Of a stretch of 64,000 bases of DNA, positions 55,748 through 64,000 are shown piece after piece (within the stretch, counting starts at the first letter, position 1; every line of letters starts with the position of its first letter). The stretch lies in NCBI RefSeq assembly GCF_006345805.1, contig NC_042999.1, forward strand, positions 146,320,001 through 146,384,000, written 5' to 3'. The notes under the pieces were generated by a model. The model had not been told where the DNA came from, made no database searches, and was given only the letters and a program-made list of their open reading frames with translations. The position numbers and the translations under genes were made by a program. This DNA comes from Octopus sinensis. Lineage: Eukaryota.

Positions 55748-57524
55748 CTCTGTGTGTAGTAAGAAGCTTGCTTCTCAACCACATGGTTCCGGGACCAATA
55801 GAGTAAATACTAGGCTTACAAAGAATAAGTCCTGGGGCCGATTTGTTCGAGAAAGCGTAACCCATGCACAGGCGGATTCGAATTTAGAGTAAAAGACACT
55901 TGCCCAAGGTGCCACACAGTGGAACTGAACCCGGAACTATGTGGTTGGAAAGCAAGCTTCTTACCATACATCCAAACATAGTAAAGCCGCTTACCATACA
56001 TTCGAATGTTCCAACGCATTTAACTTGGTGTATCCGTTAGTTCTTATGAATATCTTTGGTGGTGAATTCGGTAAGAAATCTCTGATTTCTTCTATGAAGC
56101 TCCACATTATTAGTGTGGCCCACCTGTGACATATTCATTAGCTACGTATTTGAATGCTCCACTAAATTAGAGCCACCCTCATTCTCAATCTCTCGACATT
56201 ATTTCTTGAACTATTTTAGTAGTTCTGTTAGTTCTTTTGTTTTGCGAAGAACTGTGAACTTAATTTCGATTTAAGTGGGATGAGAAGAGCTTCTCAAGAC
56301 TTTTTTCTTGCATTCTGTCTCTACCCACATTTCAGTGCTCATATTGAAACCTGGTGTGTCTATAAGGCACCAGAGAACATTTTGTGGGTTGAACATTGAA
56401 TGACGCTTTTCTGTGTCCTCTATACAAGCTAATTTTATGTAATAATCAAAAGTGCAAAAATATTTTTTCTGGTTCTATTTCCTCTTCCCAAGTAAGTAAC
56501 TCTTCCTCACCGTTTTGCCTGAAGTCTTCTATTAGTTGAATGAAAGAAACAACCTCTTCAAGAGGGACATTTACCTTCACTTGAGATAGTCGCATTTCTT
56601 ACTGGGAGTTTTAATTTAATTTATTTTTTACCCTTGATACTAACCCTGAAATCCTATTTGTTCTCCAATGTTATCCACATGATCAGGAGACAAAGTGAAA
56701 GAGTTAGTGAGTGACCTGAGGTAGATGACCATTAGAGTCAGTGCAACTAATGTACACTACAAGTTGTAGTCAGTAAGAAGGACCACGCGACCATCCACTT
56801 TTGTTCTCGAGGGCGAGCAAACCTTTTCAGCCGTTCTAGTAGTGGCAACCGAGGGCAGTATTGTCTAGACAGCAGCATACTATTGTTACTGCTAGTTTTG
56901 CTGTTGTCACTGCTCTCTTTCTTTGCCTTTCCTGTACATTGTTGGCAAAAAAAGTCTCAAGTGTCTACCACTTCTATATGTGTAATGCTGATCCCTTTTA
57001 CTTTACACCGATGATCTCATTGTCGTTGTTTCCGCTTCCTCGGTGGTACACGGCTCTGGAACAAGCCTTGGTTTTGGGAGTCACGAGGAAATGTAATCCA
57101 AATTAACAACTCCCGACCATTTCTAGTGACCGCTTCATTCACAACCTGTTCAGAGGTCAATATCACTGATTGTGCAGTATGAGGTAGACGTGTGGGTAAG
57201 CAACCCGGGCTCTTCCTCAAGTATTAAAAAAACCAGGCAAACACATTTTTCGCCGTTTGACAAGCCGCATCTTCCATACATAACCAAACACAGGCCACCT
57301 GAAAATGCTCATTTGCGATGATGTACATGCCAAATTCCAGTTGTTATTAATGCAGAAAAATGTTATCTTCTTTCTTGGTCGTTTTTTATGTGTTGCTCGA
57401 GCAAGTAGGCATTATCTTTCATAACAAATATAGTAATTCATCGATCACGCATTAACGCTCTGCAATTCATCACCTTTGTATATACGATACTTGCTTCTCT
57501 TAAAAGAAGCCAGTTTTGTGACTA

Positions 57525-58053
<529 letters not shown>

Positions 58054-58059
58054 AATAAA

Positions 58060-58179
<120 letters not shown>

Positions 58180-58379
58180 TAATAATAATAATAATATTAA
58201 TAATAATAATAATAATGATAAATAATGAAAGAGCTGAAACGGTGTATCATAGCAATAGCAAGTAAGCTTTCCAGTTATTAGAAAAGAATAGATTAGTGTC
58301 AACAGAATTGACTATGTGAGACAGACCAGACTTTATAGCCAAATAATGTAGAAGAGTCTACTGAAGCGGAGAAGCGTAA

Positions 58380-59320
58380 TGCGCAAGAGTAGTGTTCAGT
58401 TCGAGGGTTAGTATAGCTTCTGATTATAAGGTTTCGTGCCAACCATTCCAGAATCTTCCATATGTATATTACTGCATACCTCTTTTGTCTTCGTTGCGGC
58501 GAGTAGAGTTGTATATGTTTCGGTCTCTCTCAGTAGCTCAGCTGTTCCATTGTCGCAAACGTGAGTTCAGACCAACAGCTCAACAATCTTAACATTCCTA
58601 CGTGACTTTCCACTCACCATTCTCTTCAATTCCGCTATCAGTTTCATCCTTTTGGGTGACCACAGTTGAGAGAAATAGTCCAGACGGCTGAGTACAAATG
58701 TCCTTCATAGAACCAGCATAGTTTCCTGATACCTTGTTCTGAAGGTTCTCAGAATCCACCCAGCCATTCACTTGCACCTAGCCACCATCCTGGTGAAATG
58801 TACGTGAAACGAGGCGCCGTTGCTCATACCAGTCCCCAAATCACACACTGTACTTGACCCCCTGGACTGTCGCTCCTTTTGGTCCAAAGTATTGCTGTTG
58901 TGACACGTGAGCATTAGCTAGCTGTTAGCATAGGGCTTGGAATTTATCTTCATTAAATTGCATGTTGTTTTCCTCATCCCCTTTATATAAGTCATTCTCG
59001 AGAAGATTATCATCCGAAGGTTCCTCGGCTGCTTGTATTACTTTTGTGCCGTCAGCATAGCTAATCAGCGTGGCTACCTGCGTAACTGATAGCATGTATG
59101 AGAGAGCAACCGTAAACAACAGCAGCCCCAAGACAGATATCTGAAGCAATCCACTTTCCATTACTGTCCCCTTCGCCACCGCCTGGCTTCTGTCTTTTAA
59201 GAAGTCATGTAACCACTCTCCCAGTTTTCTGCCGATCCCGAGTCACTGTAGCATTTGACATATCATTCTATGTTCGACCTTATCAACTGGCTTTGCAAAG
59301 TCAAAATATATCACATCGAT
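58380..59320 (-). mobile_element. Decayed CR1-type LINE RT fragment
   Basis: DVIYFDFAK..DKVEH, SG.LQ.SVLG.LLF, YADGTK, NNMQFNEDKF. Confidence 0.85.
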
Positions 59321-59722
59321 ACATACATACATGCATACATACACACACACATATTTGTATGCACACACACACACACACACAAACACACTCACATATATAT
59401 ATATATATGTGAACACACAAACATGTAGTGAAACGTGAAAGAGAAGCACAAAGTAGGGAAGAAATCAGCAAAACATAGTAAAGAAAGCGGAATCAATAAT
59501 CTCTCTTCCCATTTTGGTTTACTCTGCCTCTCCCTCATTTAATTTGTGTGAATTCCTCATTTGCACATAAGAAAAAAAAAGCAAGAAAAAAAAGACAAAT
59601 AAAAATTAAAAATACAAATACAAATCCATTGCCAAGAACCCAAGAAGGAACAGCGACACTCGAAGTTCACCAGATAATAAGCACCAACGATATAAATATA
59701 TATGTATGTATCTCTCTCTCTC

Positions 59723-59762
<40 letters not shown>

Positions 59763-59769
59763 CACATAC

Positions 59770-59893
<124 letters not shown>

Positions 59894-60109
59894 CATATAT
59901 ACATATATGTATGTATTTTATATACATATGAATAAAGAGAAAGGAAAAGTAAAAGAAAGAATGAATACGGTTAAGAGCAGCGTTTCTGAAATTGTCCTGA
60001 GATTTTGCAATCTCAGAAATACAATCGACGTTTGAAGAGAAAGGTGAGTGGAAAGTCACGTACGAATGTTAGGATTGTTGAGCTGTAGCTTTGAACTCAA
60101 GTTATATGT

Positions 60110-60900
60110 GTGTGATAGCATGTCTATATATGTGTATGAATGAATCTATGTAATAATATGTATACATTTATAAATAATGTTTCTGTATTTGTGTGTGACT
60201 ATATGTGTACCTCTAGAATGATATATGTATTTCCGTTTATGTATGGATGTGTAGATGTGTGTCTCTTTAACAGTATTTTCATGTATGTATATGTAATCGT
60301 TGTGCTTGTTCATGTGCGACTATGCAACTCTATAATGGTACGTTCATCGGTGTATGTATGTATGCACATTATTATATTTGTACAAATGTATGCATCTATG
60401 TACGTACGTAGGTTTGTATAAATGTTGGTGTATGTGTGTACTTCTTTAATAATATACATAAATCTGTGTATCTGAATAAGTATGCGTGTTTGTGACAATA
60501 TTACTCTACATGCATGTATGTATATGCAGTGTATGTGTTTGGGTATTGCCTCAATAACAATATGTGCATATAAGTATATGCATGGATGTGCAGTTGTTTA
60601 TCTTTATAGGAATGAGTGTGTGATAGTATGTGCAATCATAGTGGGTATATGCTTCTATAACGATATGTGTACATCTGTATATGTTAGTAAGTATACATGT
60701 ACAAATAAATGTATGTATGCATAATGTTTGTGTGTGTATGTGTGTTTGTGTGTATGCGTGTATGTGCATATGTATGCAAGCGCCTCGTAATAACATGTGT
60801 ATGTCTGTGTATCTCAATATGTATGCGAACTTGTGTTAATATAAAAAGTGCGCATATATTTCAATGTTATGCGTGTGTTTGTGTATGAGCCTCTAACTGT
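60110..60900. repeat. Long degenerate (TG/TA)-rich low-complexity tract
   Basis: About 800 bp of decayed tgtgta/tatgt motifs. Similar tracts at ~47270-47600, 49070-49320 and 50680-50900. Confidence 0.7.
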
Positions 60901-61108
60901 CTGTTAGAATATCTCAACCGGTCAACATGTAACTTCCTTAGTGTCCTTTCATCCTGATGATATTCCACTTAAAATCTTCAAAATGCAAACAAATTTTAAT
61001 ATATATGTTTTATAATTTGTATTGAGTGTGAATTGAAACAATTGTAGGCATTGCTAATTAAATAAATTAATTTTATCAATTAAATCTCTCCACATTCTTG
61101 GTCAACAT

Positions 61109-61159
<51 letters not shown>

Positions 61160-61255
61160 ATCCAAACATGAAAACACAAAGAGAAACACAACAACGCGAG
61201 GACTTGGAACAAGTATAGTGTTATTGGAGCCTCGGGAAAGAAGGAAAGAAGGAGT

Positions 61256-61290
61256 GTTTAACGTTTCGAGCGGAGCTCTTCGTCAGAAGC
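61256..61290 (-). ncRNA. Minimal hammerhead motif, same family as 40321 (repeat ~61155-61355)
   Basis: GCTT-CTGACGA-A-GAGC(TCC)GCTC-GAAA-CG-TT-AAAC; one stem I mismatch. Confidence 0.65.
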
Positions 61291-61631
61291 ATAGGAAAAG
61301 GAAAGATCCAAAGAATGGAAGACGGAGGAAAAAAATTGCCAACGGTACACACACGGTCACATTTTGAATATATATATATATATAATTTTACAGGCATGCA
61401 TACATACTCACACACACACACGTACACACACACTTTTCTCTATATTGCATTGTTCCAAAAGTCCCAGATTAACCAATATGAAGGCAGGAGATTCAAATGA
61501 GGAGAGCAGTGTCGAACTTCCTCCTTCACCAAAAGCCAATGACATAAGATAGGCCATTGAAAAGTTAATTACTCTGGTAGTGCAACAACATGGTCACAGC
61601 CTTCGAACGTATATAAGAATAAAGAATAAAG

Positions 61632-61735
<104 letters not shown>

Positions 61736-62529
61736 CTTTCATTCCTTTACTTGTTTTAGTCATTGCAGCCATGCAGGAGCCCTGCCTTTAGTCGAGCAAA
61801 TCGACACCAGGACTTATTCTTTGTAAGCCTAGTACTTATTCTATCGGTCACTTTGCCCGAACCGCTAATTTACGGGGACGTAAACGCACCAGCATCGGTT
61901 ATCAAGCGATGTTGGGGTGGGGGACATGTGTACTATCGACGATATATATTAACTACTTTGCGGAAGGAGTAGGCTAATATACAACACATACAATTCATTA
62001 CTAAACACAAATAGTCTGTGTGCAGCTTCTTCAGCAAGAAATTGCTGAACCGTGTTCTTTAACTCCGAGAGGCTACCATTTATTGAATGTGTGTGCATGC
62101 GTATGTGTGAGTGTGATAGTGTGTGTCTTCACAACGTGTGCATGTTATATAGATTGCTAGATACACAAACATATGAATGTGTCTACATTTCTGTATGTAT
62201 GTCATTATTCAGTTTATTTCAAGGTTTCTTGCCAATAGATAAAAAAAATCGGTTTCTAACCTAGATTCAAGGCTCCTTCATTGAATTTTCAACATCAACA
62301 ACAAGGTATATTCGTATGTATGTATGTATGTATGTATGTATGTATGTATGTATGTATGTATGTATGTATGTATGTATGTATGCATGTATGTATGTATGTA
62401 TGTATGTATGTATGTATGTATGTATGTATGTATGTATGTATGCATGTATGTATGTATGTATGTGGAGATTTGTATGTTTTATGTATGTATTCTCATGCAT
62501 ATAGTTGCATATCTAGACATACGCATGTA

Positions 62530-62940
62530 TATTTAAATGATAAACTTCTGTAAAGTTTTACAGATTTATACAGTCCCTGTGATGGATTGGATCTGTAGTC
62601 TTCGAATCAGCTTTCTCCTTTCAGGTTTTGAGAAGTCTAATTTCTCAAGATTGGTATTTAAGTAGTGTGTTACATATCTCAGGGCCCCAATAATTACAGG
62701 TATATAAACCTGAACTTGTAATCTTGATAGAGTAACTGCGGATTTCTCAATAGTTCAGTATAGATGTTCTCTTTTTCACTGATCTTCAGCTTTATGTTAA
62801 CATCCCCTGGGCAGTTAATTTCCACAACTGTGCACAGTTTCTCTTCTCTATTCCAAATCATTATATCAGGTCTGTTGAGCTTACATTTTAATGAAGTCTT
62901 CACTGGTACATTCTACAAGTATTCCCTTTTTATTATGAGA
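62530..62940 (-). mobile_element. RLE-type non-LTR retrotransposon 3' fragment (second lineage)
   Basis: RPDIMIWNREEKLCTVVEINCPGDVNIKLKISEKENIYTELL...YQDYKFRFI/PVIIGAL...LIRRLQIQSITGTV*ICKT: a PD...E...K RLE motif. (CATA)n-type repeats on both sides. Confidence 0.85.
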
Positions 62941-63552
62941 GGCTATGGGTTATTATGTATGTATTATGTATGATGTATGTTTGTATGTATGTATGTATGT
63001 ATGTATGTATGTATGTATGTATGTATGTATGTATGTATGTATGTATGTATGCATGTATGTATGCATGTATGCATGTATGCATGTATGTATGTATGTATGT
63101 ATATATATATATATAATTTAGATTCAGAATATGGTACTTAAGTTAAAGGCACCTGAATTTAGTATGGTATCATCCAAATAATTCAAAATGGGGTGATTAT
63201 AATCAAAATAAGCAACAAGGATACCTCTGGATATCCTTGTTGCTTATTTTGATATATATATAAGAAAAATAAAAACGGAAAATACGCACACTTACATGGT
63301 TATAGTATAATTTTTAATGTATCGACCGGTTTCACAATCGCTATTCATGATACAATGTTTAATTTATATGAAAATATACTTTTTCTTAAGAAGAAAATGG
63401 GTCCATGTTGTTTATAATGAGATTCACGAGTGAATGATTTTATAGGTTGACAAGTAAAGGGAGGTAATTGGTTGTTATTGTTATTGTTGTCTGTAAGGGA
63501 GATAACTGTTTAGGTTTTGGTGGGGAAAATATGTGTACAGAAAGGAGACAGG

Positions 63553-63635
<83 letters not shown>

Positions 63636-64000
63636 AAACAAATGATAGCAACAGAAAATGGAATATATGGGTAACTTTATCGCTCACAACGATCGTTTCA
63701 ACCCATCTTGCACTGACTCCACTCGCGGGGAGGGATACTGTACATCTGGTCGTGGTGCATCGCTCCGCGAAGAAGTGCCTCGTCATGTGATTTTGCAAGT
63801 GGTATCTCGTTAAATAAACCCTGTTTCGGTCGGCTTTAATACATGTTGTTTAGCAGCAGCAATAGGCTTAAGCCCTTGGGTAGGAATGACGAGGGAATGA
63901 TTTCGTTGCAATATTATAAACGGTTACTAGGTCTAAATGTATTTAATAGAAAACCAATGCCAAGGGATAAATAAAAATATAAAATATACAATGTAGGAAA

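Noticed and set aside
56700-57230. GC-richer stretch with 67-81 aa ORFs
   Set aside because: No recognisable motif or splice-compatible frame; possibly an old repeat, but I cannot support a call.

Overview
AT-rich, microsatellite-dense eukaryotic genomic DNA, most likely Octopus or another coleoid cephalopod (inferred from the SINE families and repeat landscape). The window lies inside one minus-strand host gene, a metabotropic glutamate receptor-type class C GPCR. Four exons (57551-57685, 52067-52264, 32295-32418, 26842-27763) have canonical AG/GT boundaries and splice in frame into 459 codons, covering the end of the Venus flytrap domain, the 9-Cys domain and TM1-TM6. I did not find the TM7/C-tail exon or the upstream exons here. 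The introns hold a near full-length R4/Dong-type RLE retrotransposon (~12.7-16.8 kb) whose breaks look mostly like 1-nt indels in short base runs, and a decayed mariner inserted into a SINE. They also hold CR1/L2-type and Penelope-like remnants, many tRNA-derived SINEs and hairpin MITEs. Most notable: (1) a composite non-autonomous Helitron inserted, inverted, into a near-identical copy of itself (43084-46974); (2) several minimal type-I hammerhead ribozyme motifs of the Penelope-associated kind; (3) two microsatellite-associated RLE retrotransposon lineages, one at (AAT)n and one at (CATA)n; (4) inverted repeats flanking a receptor exon. Most short ORFs in the supplied track are microsatellite translations. 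All alignments were done by eye.
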